This document shows, piece by piece, positions 28,846-44,356 of a stretch of 64,000 nucleotides of DNA. Position 1 is the first letter of the stretch; each line of letters begins with the position of its first letter. Position numbers and translations under genes: made by a program. The notes below the pieces were generated by a model. The model worked only from the letters and a program-made list of their open reading frames with translations, had not been told where the DNA came from and searched no databases. The DNA is from Eledone cirrhosa (Eukaryota), in assembly GCA_964016885.1 (NCBI GenBank), contig OZ024741.1, positions 135,780,001 to 135,844,000 of the forward strand, written 5' to 3'.

Positions 28846-29054
28846 AACAAGTAAGACCCCGACGGCTGAGCTCAAGCCGTTTCGACGGCTAATTCTGTAC
28901 TGAATTAGTACAGAATTAGTACAGAATTAGCCGTCGAAACGGCTTGAGCTCAGCCGTCGGGGTCTTACTTGTTCCTATTACCCACTCTACTACCCTAAGT
29001 ATTGAGTACTTTGGTGCGTTATGGTCCACCTGGTTCCTGACCACATTTCCTTCG

Positions 29055-29057
<3 letters not shown>
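28842..29057 (+). mobile_element. Short fold-back element (family F) in (TA)n
   Basis: Perfect 60-bp arms at 28842-28901 and 28918-28977, then an 80-bp tail. Homologs at 35011-35218, 42838-42891 and 46057-46200. Confidence 0.9.
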
Positions 29058-29101
<44 letters not shown>

Positions 29102-29434
29102 CATTTTTAGCCAGCCAAATTCCACTCACAACTCATTCACTAATCTCAGGTTATAACAGTAGACAATTTCCCAAGGGGCAACGGAACAGAGGAAATGAAC
29201 CGAAAGTTCTATCGTCACGCAACAGAGCAGCTGAACTGAAAGCCCCAACGTTGCTAGGCAAACTCCTTAACCAATTTGGTTACATCATTAATAATGCATC
29301 ATGTCACCATATTCAATTTTGATAAATGTTTCTAGTGTGCGTTCCCGTTAATTTGGTAAACAAATTTTATAATTTATATGAAAAAATAATCAAGAAACCT
29401 CTATACTTTTTCAAAAATATTCCATGCTTTTAAT

Positions 29435-29466
29435 ATTCTCTTAATTTTTGTATTTTTTAGGTAAGT
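29435..29466 (+). promoter_or_regulatory. Candidate recursive splice site (acceptor immediately followed by donor)
   Basis: ttctcttaatttttgtattttttAG|GTAAGT, with AG at 29459-29460. Confidence 0.35.
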
Positions 29467-29929
29467 CGGTTTAAAGAAAATTTGCTGAGAACATGTTTAA
29501 CATCGTTACTGCATTATAGGTAAACAATTTCATGTATGGAATTAAAAAAAAATAACAGAACAAAGGAGTTTAATATATTGATATATAAACAATCTCACAC
29601 ACAAATGCGTAAGTGTGTGTATGTGTACGCATGTATATATATGTTTGTATGTATGTGTCTTTATTCATGTGTGTTTTTAAATATACAGCAATGTTAAAGT
29701 TCTATCTTTAAAATTTGAATTTTCTGTTATTTTCTTAAACTCCTTTGCAGCTCCTTTGAAACAACATAGTTTTTACATTTATAATTTATTCAACATTTCT
29801 AGACTTTGACAATCTCACCATTAATGTGTGAAGTGTTACTGGCTTATTCCCATCCCAATGACTTGTTTTATTATTATTATCATCATCATCATTATTTTCT
29901 TGGAGTCTCAGTCATTGATGTTATTTAAC

Positions 29930-30790
29930 TGGAAATCGTACAGCACCTTCAAAGGATTGTTTTCTATCCCCGACTCTGGCTTATGCTCGTAGTGTTTTTC
30001 AGTATGAGATAATTTGTTCAGTTTGCATAAATGCCAGTAAATCATGTTTCCTATGACATCATACCTCCATCCTTTATAGTGAGTCTGGGCTAGGTGATTA
30101 CACTAGGATACGATGTGAGACATATTTTCCCCTATCTCTTTCTACAGATCCAAGCTAGCCTCCTTGTCAATATGGTGTTTTATCCACTTCGTTCTAACGG
30201 TTTGCTCCTGTGCAGCCAGTAGTATTCCCTATATAACTTTATTAAGATCTACTTTCTGTAACCAGTTCCATCACGGTGGATCTCTCTGAATTCTGTTTTT
30301 TTTTTTAATTTCAAAAAGATGCTATGAAGGGCTTTTTCATTCAGGTTATTCTTTCTCTTTGCTGTTGCTTCTTTCTTGGACATCTTCTTGGTTTGTTGCC
30401 CCCTACTTCAATACAGCCTCAAGCATTGGCTCGTTACACTCAGACACACTTGTATGGACATCTAATCTACAGCTGAACAGAGTCCTTCACGCTGATTAGA
30501 CCTCTTCCACCTTCGGATCTCCTTTACTACAGTCTATCAACACCATCCTTCTTATGAAACATACTGTAAATAGTCATTAATTTCATTGTCTTTCTATCAA
30601 GGTCTTTTTGTTCGTTTATATTCCATTTTAGAATTCCCGTACTGAACCTAATTATAGACACAGCTCTGGGCTTTATTTACTTTATGTAGTTATTACTTTC
30701 TTCGCCAACATTGAAATGGATTTCTTACCATAATTTGGGACTTCACACTTTAACTTAAACATGACGAGTCATGCCTACATTCTAATTGCG
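29930..30790 (-). mobile_element. Old R4/Dong-like (RLE-type) LINE fragment
   Basis: Minus-strand remnants RRSEGGRGLISVK, GILLAAQEQTVRTKWIKHHIDK and WRYDVIGNMIYWHLCK. Confidence 0.7.
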
Positions 30791-32056
30791 CAGTTGGTAT
30801 TCTACTGTGGCTTGATATCAATCTCGTCCTTATATTCCGATATTGGTATAGCTTCCTTGATTAAGTACATATTAAAACAAGAATTTTGTATAATACAGAT
30901 GTATAGTGTTTCCCTTTGTTGCGTGTGGTGAGTAGTAAGAAATACCACAAAATATTTTGTCTGGCGCTCTAGCGAATCTAGCAATCAACGTCATTTACAA
31001 TGCGCAACTAATGGAGATTGGTAGTATTTGTTCTATTGGCGAGGAAACGAGGGGTTTAATTTTTGGTACGGCGAATGCACATCGGCAAAGTCGATAGAAT
31101 ACTTTACGGTATTCGCTTTTCACCTGATCTAGGTTCTTATGACGTTGCTGTCATCTTTCTCTTTCATCCTTTCTGGGACGATAAATAAAGTGCTATGTCA
31201 TAATTGTCTCTTTTTCGTTTTCTCGTTTACTCTTTCTCTAGAATAAATTGGATATGATCTGATCTAGTGAGCTGGATGGTCTCCGTTAGTTTAAAATATC
31301 CCAAACATCGACTAACTGTTGAAGGGCCACCACGAAGCCCTTCAAGAGATAATGGGGGCGTTGCAGGGCATGGAAGGGGTGTGCATGTCACGCTTCTGTA
31401 TCTGGGGAGACAGATTTCATTCTTTTTACGTTGCCAATAGCAATGGAGAAGGCATAAACATCACATTTCTCACTCCCTTATAGAATCTGAAAACCGTGTG
31501 CCTTGTTAGAAAGAAATCAATATTATTGTGCGAGAGAGAGAGTGAGTATGGACGTATGTATGTGTATGTCAAGTAGTGTGTATGTTTTTTATACTGTGTT
31601 TCTTCTTAAAATTTTAAATCAATTTCACAAAATAATATCAATAATCTTATATCAACGGTAAACCATTTTGTCATAAAGTTAAATATTTGTGGTGAGAGGG
31701 GAAGAGGTGATGTAATATAGAGGAGGAGGAGAAGGATGATGACAATGAGGATGAGGATGATGTTGATGATAGTGAGGATGAGAAGGAGGAGGTGATACAA
31801 AGCTTATTTCCTGCCACTGTTCAAACAGTCGTAACTGAAGCTTCTAGATGGCGTTTTCTTTATCACCCAGAGAATTATATTGACTGGAAACATCGACAGA
31901 CTAAAGGAAATTTCTAAGAAATTACATTCCAGGAGATAAAATCAATTACAGCAGTATTGACTGGATAGCAAGTTGCATCCTTGGTTACAGGGGAAATAAC
32001 AGAGATATATCTCACGATTTGATTTAGTTATTTATTTTTGTTTTGAAACTACATAA

Positions 32057-32212
32057 ATGTATGTACGTATGTATGTATGTATGTATGTATGTATGTATGT
32101 ATGTATGTATGTATGTATGTATGTATGTATGTATGTATGTATGTATGCATGTATGTATGTATGTATGCATGTGCGTATGTATACATGTAAACATGCATAT
32201 ATATATATATAG

Positions 32213-32282
<70 letters not shown>

Positions 32283-32309
32283 ATATATATATATATATGT
32301 GTGTGTGCG

Positions 32310-32380
<71 letters not shown>

Positions 32381-32393
32381 GTATATATATATG

Positions 32394-32468
<75 letters not shown>

Positions 32469-32471
32469 TGC

Positions 32472-32525
<54 letters not shown>
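32057..32525. repeat. Long compound (ATGT)n/(TA)n microsatellite
   Basis: Directly visible. Confidence 0.95.
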
Positions 32526-32526
<1 letters not shown>

Positions 32527-33289
32527 GCAATTATTTGCTATTGTTAGTTTCGCACTTTAGAGTCTTCGACAATAGCCCCCCCCCCCCCCCCCCCCCGTTG
32601 ATCAACACCTTATGAGTGGAATTGGTTGGTGGAAATTGAAGGAGCCCCTCATTTATATATATATATATATATATATGAGGGGCTTCTGCAATTTCTATCA
32701 CATAATTGTTTGTAGGTGTTCGACAAAAGGGTATCGATAAAAAAAAAAAAAATGGTATCGATAGCCAGACTAAGATCCCCTAAAAAAGAAAAAGAGTATT
32801 TTGAAATTATTTTTGTCTTGACGCACATATATACTGTATATTTGTATATGAATATATATGTACATATGTATATGCATATATGTGTGTATGTGTGTGTGTG
32901 TCTGTTTATATATGTATATATGTTTGTGTGTAATTCTTGTTTTATGAACCCCGAGTGACACTTCATTTATGAAAATGTTATATGTTAAACTATTTTCTAT
33001 GTAAACGTATTTATAATTAAACTCTACTACTTGACGTGAAACTTTCATTGAAGAAAAAAATAGACGAAAAATATACTTGCAATATATCAACGACGAATAT
33101 TCTCAAGATCTTCGTCGTGTTCCTCTAAAGACGTTACCATAGTTACCGCTGGGAATTTCTGCTTTTAAGCAGTATAAGAATGGCAAGACACGGTAGAGTA
33201 TAGCCAAACAAAAAAATACTGGTAAACGGAAGCAATTTCACGATTAGGGATCAATATAACTATTTGATTTTGCGTATATATTATACTTA

Positions 33290-33522
33290 CGGCATTACAT
33301 TACTTTTGGTGGAAGAGCATAGTTCAATTGTTAGTGTATTCGGCTCACGATCACACGGCCGTGTGTTCGATTCCCAGCGGCGTATTATTTCTAGTTACTA
33401 TACACGCGTTGATTATATATTTAATCTACTGCATTACATACTTTTGGTGGAGGAGCGTAGCGTATTTGTCAGGTTGTCGGCTCAGGTTCTTACGGATGTG
33501 AGTTCGATTCCCAGCGGCGTTA
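33290..33522 (+). repeat. Tandem pair of tRNA-like (SINE head) units, about 140 bp each
   Basis: gcattacat..cttttggtgga(a/g)gagc(a/g)tag...tcggctca...gttcgattcccagcggcg occurs twice. Confidence 0.65.
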
Positions 33523-34527
33523 TGTTTCTTTGTACGATAAACTTTATTTCACCTTACTCAAAAGAAGAAAACTGGAAAAAGTGAGACGTGTCAGCTTTGT
33601 CATATACTGAGTCATCTAAATCTCACGAGAAATACCTTAAGAGCACTGATGTCTGCAATTTCATTTGCATGCGGTTCTCATTTTCAAATAATTGGAACAC
33701 TCGTCGGTCGTCGGAAGCAACTAAAATCCAGCATACACATGCAACATAAAAATATCTATTTCAATATACTGTTATATTCCTATGGTAAAGATACGTACGT
33801 ATCTTAGCGGTTAGGGTGATCATGGTCGTAAGATTATGAGGTCGGATCTTGGCAGCTCGTTGTCTTTGTGAAAACCACTTTATATCTCGTAACTCCAGTT
33901 CACTCAACTGAAAAAAGAAAAAAAGTCGTATCTCTAATTTCAACTCTCCAGCTTTGTTGTGAAGTGTCTCGCGCTGAAACACTCCGAAAACTAGAATAAG
34001 TGTAGAAATGTCTTGGAAGTTCAGCCACTGTCGCATTAATTTCAGGAAACGTCTGAATGACCACATCGTCAATCGACAATTCAAAATACAAAAGACAATT
34101 TATTCTCCTCGTCTTTGAAATGAAGACAGCAATTAATAGTATTTAACCATGATAATTTTATAAATATATTTCCTGTGTGGGTTATAGTGTACCTATAGTA
34201 TACCTAAAGTATATTTATTGGCTCGGCTATAGTGTGCCTATAGTATATTCCATAAATATCCGAGATTAATTGAGCATCATCATGAGTAGTCGTCCAGCTT
34301 TGGGTCTATGCAAGCATGACAAGAAAAACATATCTATCTCTCTGAATATATACATGTGTGTGTGTGTGTGTATTGGATTTTAAAATTAAGGTTCCTCACA
34401 GAGAGTGTTTTTCGTTTTGCCTTGCTTTCGTTCGTTGTCTTATCCTGTCTGTTACGGGGTCGATAAAATAAAGTACCAGTAATGTACTGGGTATTTGCTG
34501 GCCTTGTGCCAATAGTAAAAACAATTT

Positions 34528-34902
34528 CGAAACAGCGAGTGGGTTTGAAATTATTAGAAATGTAAGCTATCGCCGTATTTTGACTAAAGAAATTAAAGAA
34601 ATTATTTAGCCTGATAGTGGGGTTAAGAACCCTCGGAGACATGGAAAAAGATGAGTATTGAGGTACATGGGAGTCGAACCCACATCTTTGGTTATCCGGA
34701 CCACTGTGAAACCATTTACACCAACACATAACCCGTCTTTTTCCATTCAAATTAGAAGCTATAAACTTATAACCAAAGATGTGGGTTCGACTCCCATGTA
34801 CGTCAATACTCATCTTTTTCCATTTCTCCGAGGGTTCTTAACCCCACTATCAGGCTAAATAAATTCTTTAATTTCTTTAGTCAAAATACGGCAATAGCTT
34901 AC

Positions 34903-34905
<3 letters not shown>
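34528..34905 (-). mobile_element. tRNA-headed element with inverted duplication of about 137 bp, abutting (TA)n
   Basis: Arms at 34559-34695 and 34769-34905. Minus-strand head tggtgtaaatgg (A box)...gatgtgggttcgactccca (B box). Confidence 0.8.
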
Positions 34906-34984
<79 letters not shown>

Positions 34985-35010
34985 GTATATATATATATAT
35001 ATATATATAT

Positions 35011-35214
35011 AACGAAGGAAATGTGGTAAGGAACCAGGTGGACCATAACGCACCAAAGTACTCAATACTTAGGGTAGTAGAGTGGGTAATAGGAACGAGT
35101 AGGACCCCGACGGCTGAGCTCAAGCCGTTTCGACGGCTAATTCTGGACTAAATGATTTAATCCAGAATTAGCCGTCGAAACGGCTTGAGCTCAGCCGTCG
35201 GGGTCCTACTCGTT

Positions 35215-35218
<4 letters not shown>
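35011..35218 (-). mobile_element. Fold-back family F copy in (TA)n
   Basis: Tail at 35011-35089. Perfect arms at 35090-35147 and 35161-35218. Confidence 0.9.
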
Positions 35219-35307
<89 letters not shown>

Positions 35308-35323
35308 ATCGATAATCTTCTTC

Positions 35324-35355
<32 letters not shown>

Positions 35356-35366
35356 CTATTATTATG

Positions 35367-35765
35367 GGATTGGCAGCATCGGTAGAAGGTCGGACGCCAT
35401 GCTTTGCAGCATAGAGTTACGCCTCTTTATAGTCTGAGTTCAAATTCTACCGAGATTCACTTTGCCTTTCATCCTTACGGGCTCGATAAAATAAAGTACC
35501 AGTAATTTACTGGGATAATTGCTGGCCTTGTGTCAAAAGTAGAAGCAATTATTATTATCATAGTTATGTATTATTATTATAATTGGGTTGGATTGGCAGT
35601 ATCGGTACAGCATCAGACACCATGGCTTGCAGCATAGATTTACAGCCCTTTACGTTCTGAGCTCAAATCCCACCAAGGTTAGCTTTGCCTGTTATCTTTA
35701 CGGGATCAAACAAAATAAAACGCCAGTAATGCACTGGGGTAGTTTGTGCTAAAAGTAGAAACATT
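35367..35765 (+). mobile_element. Two head-to-tail SINE A copies
   Basis: Both show the A box, B box, core and agtagaa tail. Confidence 0.9.
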
Positions 35766-36319
35766 ATTATTACTATTATTATTAGAAGCTACTCATGTAC
35801 GGAACTGGTACATTATTAATCGAACACCGCGGGATTTGAACTCAGGCGACATTGGGCCGAATCAAATACCGAAGCACATAATCCGACGGCCGAAGCACTC
35901 AACTAACCTAACTTCAACCTATGCGTTGAGTTATTTCCCTTTAGTTTTAGCCCGTATTTTCACCTGCTCATTGTCTACCGTATTCAACAATGTTTCGCTT
36001 TACTTGTTAGCTATTTATGCAATATTTTTTTTAATACATATTCGATAGTTTAAGATTACCATTTCTACTCGTCATCATATGTATTTGCATTCACTTCTTT
36101 AATGCTATATATTTCCACAGACAATGTGAGAGAGATTTCATCTCTCTTGTATGTAGAAATGTTGTTAATTCTGTCGTAGTCTAGCATTTATTTATAGCAA
36201 CAACCTATCTATCTCTATGACTTAGTTCATAATATCTACGGTTGCATAATTCGACACATTTCAACAGGTTTATGATGAAATCAGGTTCACACATATGTGC
36301 TGAACGCACCGACAAACAT

Positions 36320-36361
<42 letters not shown>

Positions 36362-36937
36362 TTGTATGCATATATGTATTTTCAACTCGTGTGTGTATCT
36401 ATTTAGATTTATGCTCAAATCAGTTTGCTTAGCTGTAAGTTACACACACACGTATGTATGTTTGTGTGTGTGTGGGGGGGGGGGGGGGGGATTTTGTGTA
36501 TGCGTCTGTGCGTGTGTGTCTATTTAGAATGTGATAACATTTAAAACCTACTGGGGATATATTAAATTAAATTGAATCTAGGCAACGTAAAAATCGATGA
36601 TGAATTTAAAGATACTTCTAATTTTAAAAGATAAGTTAATTACACATATATAAAGTATTAATTTGTGTAAAGTAAGGTTAGAGTAACAATATGTTCGATT
36701 AGCAATATCGCTTTACTGTTACCTTGCTATTTATCGCCCTAGGTAAACCCTATAATAGTTTCTATTAGAAATAAAGCTTTAGTATTCCAAGAAAGATGAG
36801 GGCAGACAGGTCACCTGGGTATTATTTACTCTGCAATAGATTTGTTTAGTAATGTAGTTTTACTATTAGAAGTAATGTGATGGCCGATCCAATGCCAAGG
36901 TATTTTGCGCCCTCTCCTAGCCCTGCAGTACCTTCTA

Positions 36938-37059
36938 TTAGCAATGCAGCTTTTCTATTTCAAGAATGGTTGGGGTAGAATCGACACATGGCTATTCTTC
37001 TTAGCAATGCAGCTTTTCTATTTCAAGAATGGTTGGGGTAGAATCGACACATGGCTATT
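36938..37059. repeat. Exact tandem duplication of about 60 bp within an older degenerate repeat
   Basis: ttagcaatgcagcttttctatttcaagaatggttggggtagaatcgacacatggctatt occurs twice. Confidence 0.9.
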
Positions 37060-38144
37060 TTCATTGATATTATTCTGATCAGCTTTCCTCTTTGTTGCCC
37101 TCTATCTGCTTCATATCCATGAGTTTAAACAGAACACCAATTTGGCGGTTAGATCTCATCCGTTTACAGATTAATTTTCTAAATTCAATCGCAAATTCTA
37201 TTGTGATATTTTCATCCCACGCACATTTCTCTACCAGCTTCACGTTCTCCCTACAATTTACAGAAATTCAAAAACAATATCTGTCGTCATCTTTTCTCTC
37301 GTTGGATTCAGTTCACTCTCTCTCGTATCCTTCTTCCCTTCTAGGTAGCACTTTGCTATTTAGTAGCTTTATTATCTTGTTTGGAGTGAAGAGATATAAG
37401 AAAGTTAGCGTCCTAGGCTAGACCTGCAATACTTTTATTAGCCATATAGTTTTACTATTTCAAGAAGAGTAAGCGCAGAGATAATGCCCAGGTATTTAGA
37501 CCCTTATTTAGACCCTTGCACTGCACTGCTCTGGATATATGCAATACGCTAATACATCGCGCAATCTTTTAAATATTAATTTATCGATCATCGGTATTTA
37601 TTATATACTAAACCACCCGTGATTCAAAATATTTAAAAAAAATCATGTTCTCTTAAAAGTAATTTTTAAATAATTAAAATATACACAACCATGTATATAA
37701 TGTGAAATTAAACTGGAAGGTCCTTATATATACGTGTATGTATATATATATAAATGTCTCTGTGTGCATGCATATGTGTAGGTGTCTGTGATCTATATAC
37801 ACTGGTCACAGACACACAAATTTTACAAATTTGTGTAAAAATTTGAATTTTTATGTTGAGTACTGCCGCCCTCTGAAATCTGTGCCTTATTTTCTAAATT
37901 CAAAGAAGGGGATGCTATCCAACCAAACCTGAATTAGGTCGATAAAATAAAGTACCAGTAATGAACTGGGATAATTACTGGCCTTGTGCCAAAAGTAGAA
38001 ACCATTATTTTGGTATGAAATTATTTCCAATTTAGATAAAGATCAGCAGTAAGTGGAGAGAAGAATTTCCTTTATATTTACTGGTATTTTCTAATTTAGA
38101 CCAGAAATATGAATGGGAGGTAAATTAAATCTACCGCAGAAATT

Positions 38145-38226
<82 letters not shown>

Positions 38227-38290
38227 ACTACTACTACTACTACTACTACTACTGCTGCTGCTGCTCTCTGCTGCTGCTGCTGCTCTGTTG

Positions 38291-38346
<56 letters not shown>

Positions 38347-38347
38347 G
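38145..38347. repeat. Block-alternating (CTA)n/(CTG)n repeat
   Basis: Directly visible. Confidence 0.95.
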
Positions 38348-39576
38348 GTATTAAGTAGAATCATAATAATTGCTTCTACTTTTCGCACAAGGCCAGCAAT
38401 TTTGGGGAAGGAGAAATGGATTATATCGACCGCAGTATTTGAAAGGTATTTTATTTCATCGACCCCAGAAATATGAAAGGCAATATTGATTGAGGGTAAA
38501 TAAAATAAAATACGAGTTAAATACTGGATTCAATATAATCAACTCCCACCTTCTTCGAATTGCTGGAATTGTAATTTTAGAAATAATTATTTTGGTTTAA
38601 AATGATTTTAAATCGACTTATAATTAATCATTTTACTTTTCTATGAAGCACTAATTAATATATTGTCTATGTTTATATGTTATCATAAAGTCTTGCCTGT
38701 GCAATTAATATCTCAATAAAACAACACTATGAAAGATTAAACCTCTCATTGAAATTCAGATAAAAATGAAAAGAAGACGATTAATCCAGGAAATCATATT
38801 AATACACTGAAAGAAACGAGAATAAATCTAGAAGCCTTTTAATAAATTAGGAAAACGAAACATTTATCTATATTACGTTTCAAGAACTACTGTTATCCCA
38901 AAATATCCAAGTTCGGTTTAATTATCGACTACTTCTACAACGTTGGATGGCTATAAGCTCTATGGTATAGGGAATAAGAGTCAGAAATATGTGAAATTCT
39001 TGCTTGACCTGTCTGACCATAGTTTAGCATCTGGAAAGTTCCCTTTCATGCTGAAAACTTAGATTAGGTGTTTTGTGGAGGATCAGCTGTTGCCTCTGCA
39101 TGCAAATCTTCCATTTTCACGATACCGATGATTTCCAATGTTATAAAGCACATGTCGTACAGCTTGGCACATGTGTCATCAAACACACTATATACAGGTT
39201 AATATAAAGGCTTCTTCTCATCGAAACAGATGCAATTTCCAGTGGTTTCGTGCCAAGAGGAGTAAACATTTATTTAGATAAATGTTGTGCTTTTGTAGGA
39301 CTTTTTGTATGACGTTTTGTAAGAGATTCTTTCATATTATTTGCGGTCAATGTCTGGTGATGACAAAAATCTTCATTCATCAAAATCAGACAAAATCTAT
39401 TAATTAAGTGTTCAATTGCACTAGAATCTCGGTCTTGTATTTTTATTAAGCATAACCATATATGCAGGGTAATTAAAATAGTCTGGATTTGGATAGAAGT
39501 ATGAAACCGATAAAATGTAAAGAACCATCTAGAAAGGAATAGCTATACGGATTGATCTTTGTTGATCTCAGGTGGG

Positions 39577-39722
<146 letters not shown>

Positions 39723-39809
39723 CGTTTCTGAATTTGTTTAGCAAGATTCTTTATCTGAAAATGTGTGTTGAAACGATATTGTTATGCTTTGGGAGGGTCA
39801 TGTTGCCAA

Positions 39810-41523
<1,714 letters not shown>

Positions 41524-42166
41524 GAGAAAAACGTGCTGCGGGGGTTGCTAATGGGTTACATATGAATAAAGTTAGTCCTTCATCATGATCTTCCAACCAT
41601 CATTGGTATTTCATCGCATTAAAGACCATATACCTCCGGTTGGTGCGAGCAACGGCTAAAAAAAGTCGTTGGGACACGTAAATAAAAGGGAACACGAGTG
41701 TAAACAAACAAAATGGTGAAGCCCCCCTTCTTCCCGTTTGACCTGTGCGTAATTCTTTTCTTTCGCACCCTTGGTCTGGCAGGTCGCTTTTTTCTCTCTC
41801 TCTCGTCTACTTACAGAACTACGTCACAGAACTTACGTTCACCGAAATCACAGACTAGATCCCTTCTTCCTCCCGTTAGACCTGTACGGAATTCCTTCCT
41901 TGCTTACATTCCAACCAGGTTTGATGATCTTTATTCTCTCTCGTTCACGATTTCACCGAATTTAAATTCATAGAAATTTGGGACTTGACTCCTTCTTCCT
42001 CACTTTTCGTTGGTTCACCATTTTGTTTGTTTACACTCGTGTTCCCTTTTATTTACGTGTCCAACGACTTTTTTAGCCGTTGCTCGCACCAACCAGAGGT
42101 ATATGGTCTTTAAAGCGATGAAATACCAATGATGGTTGGAAGATCACTGATGAAGGACTAACTTTA

Positions 42167-42173
<7 letters not shown>
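41524..42173. mobile_element. Inverted-repeat element with arms of about 160 bp between (TA)n tracts
   Basis: Arms at 41560-41720 and 42014-42173. The left arm has an unpaired extension. CTGATGAAGGAC at 42147. Confidence 0.8.
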
Positions 42174-42197
<24 letters not shown>

Positions 42198-42909
42198 TTC
42201 TTTCTCATATATTGATTCATTTTTATACATATATCGAGAATGACACTTTCTTTTAACTATTACACTCCCTTCCCCCTTTATCTTCCGCATATAAGTGATC
42301 GCGCGTGTGTGTGTGTTTATACGCGTGCTTTCATACTCATATGTGTATTTAATACCTGCTTCTGGATTCGTGTCAACTAGATTATATCCGTATTTGTGGT
42401 TACATATACACAAATATACTTGCCCTCATTTATGTACTTATGCACACATCTTCACCATATACACGCATTTTTACATACATACATATGTACATTTGTGAGT
42501 GTATATACATACATATACACACACCTAACTATATTTCCTTATATTTTTTATATATTTTATATGTCTATTGCATTACCTTTATTTATATATATATATTTTT
42601 TTTGCATTTCTTGAGGAGATTTTCCAAATATTTCACTATGTTTTATATTGCCTTGTCCGACGAACGAATGAGGACGTTTCTTTCGTATTCGTCTTATTCG
42701 GGAAACCTCTGGTAATGAGGTAATTATATTGTATTGTTTATTATATATTAAATTTTGCTCTGGTACTTACATAGAGCACTCTTCACTCCTATGACTTTTT
42801 CAATTTTCAACGGAAACTTCAATACCTATATATATATAGAAATAGCTGTCGAAACGGCTTGATCTCTGCCGTCGGGGTCATACATTTTCCTATATATATA
42901 GATATTCTC

Positions 42910-43500
42910 CTTTTCGCTAATCTTTAATATTATATTAGTATCTGCTGGTCAGCTGATTTCCACTACTGTCCATGCAAACCTAGTTTTGCCTGTCCCATAT
43001 CACTATATATGGTCTGTTACGTGTGCATTTTATTGGAGTTTTCATTAGAAAATTCCACCAGTACTCTTTCAATATCTCTGTATATGTCCGCCTCATTGCT
43101 GTAACTTTTAATATGTCGGTGCTATCTTTCTACGGGTTGCATTGTATAGTGTTTTTGGTCACCAAATCATGCCTTATAGGTAGATAGTACGGTTATGACA
43201 TCTTTGGACAGCTGTTTCCGACAAGGTGACATCTTCGATGTTAATTCTGCAGAATTGCATTTGTTGTCACATCTAGTTGTTTTACCTTCATATCTATCTC
43301 TTTTGTGAATCATGAATTTTGTATTGATTTCCTGTTCTTGGATTGCAAAAGCATATCCTTCAAAGTGAGAGCCAATATATATAGTGCTTATTGGTGCAAG
43401 ATAGACTACTTTACTTATCTATATTACTCTCACTTTGGAGCCTCCTGGAAACATATCCATGTATGATTTTTTGCAATACACATTTAGTTTTTCACCCATG
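42910..43500 (-). mobile_element. R4/Dong-like LINE C-terminal fragment
   Basis: Minus-strand remnants FEGYAFAIQEQEINTKFMIHKRE, CDNKC, SCPK, YYLPIRHD, EYWWN and NRP. Confidence 0.75.
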
Positions 43501-44058
43501 GATTCACTCCGTTATTTCGGGGCAATTCGCTTGGGTGTGAGTTTGGTATATATGTATGTATGTTCTTCTGGTTTTATAATTTCACAAAATCTTTGCCAAT
43601 AGAGAGAGAGTCGGTTTCTAACATAGACACAAGACTCTCACATCGGAATTTACACAACATCAACTATGTAGATATGTCTGCATGTCTGCATGTGTAGATA
43701 TGGATGTTATTCTATGTGTGGATGTGGATGTTTTTAGTTGTATGTGTGCATGTGTATATATGCTTAGTATCTGTACATGTGTATATATGCAGTTGTTAGA
43801 TGCAACATTTTTGGAATGTTTTACATATTTTTACTGTTGGATTGTACTTGAAATTTTCTAACTAGTTGTGTTCTTTCGGTTCCTGTGAAGTCCAGCTTCT
43901 CAAGATTTGTATTCAGAGAGTTATTAACATATCACAGGCATAAAGATGTAATCAGGGTGGAGTATCTGCCGATTTCATGTATGTATGTATGTATATGTGC
44001 CTCTGTATATCTATGTATGTATCTATATATGTGTATGTATATGTAAATAAATAAATAA

Positions 44059-44109
<51 letters not shown>

Positions 44110-44123
44110 CGTGTGTGTCTGTG

Positions 44124-44323
44124 NNNNNNNNNNNNNNNNNNNNNNNNNNNNNNNNNNNNNNNNNNNNNNNNNNNNNNNNNNNNNNNNNNNNNNNNNNNNN
44201 NNNNNNNNNNNNNNNNNNNNNNNNNNNNNNNNNNNNNNNNNNNNNNNNNNNNNNNNNNNNNNNNNNNNNNNNNNNNNNNNNNNNNNNNNNNNNNNNNNNN
44301 NNNNNNNNNNNNNNNNNNNNNNN
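44124..44323. other. Assembly gap (200 N)
   Basis: Run of N. Confidence 1.
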
Positions 44324-44356
44324 ACACAATCAGACACACACACACAGACACACACG

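Noticed and set aside
29305-29355. DRY-like GPCR motif (FDKCF*CAFPL) on the plus strand
   Set aside because: It is too short, contains a stop and is on the opposite strand to the other GPCR-like segment. Likely chance.
33290-34728. Functional tRNA genes
   Set aside because: A/B boxes are present but no complete cloverleaf or acceptor stem was seen. They are SINE heads or pseudogenes.
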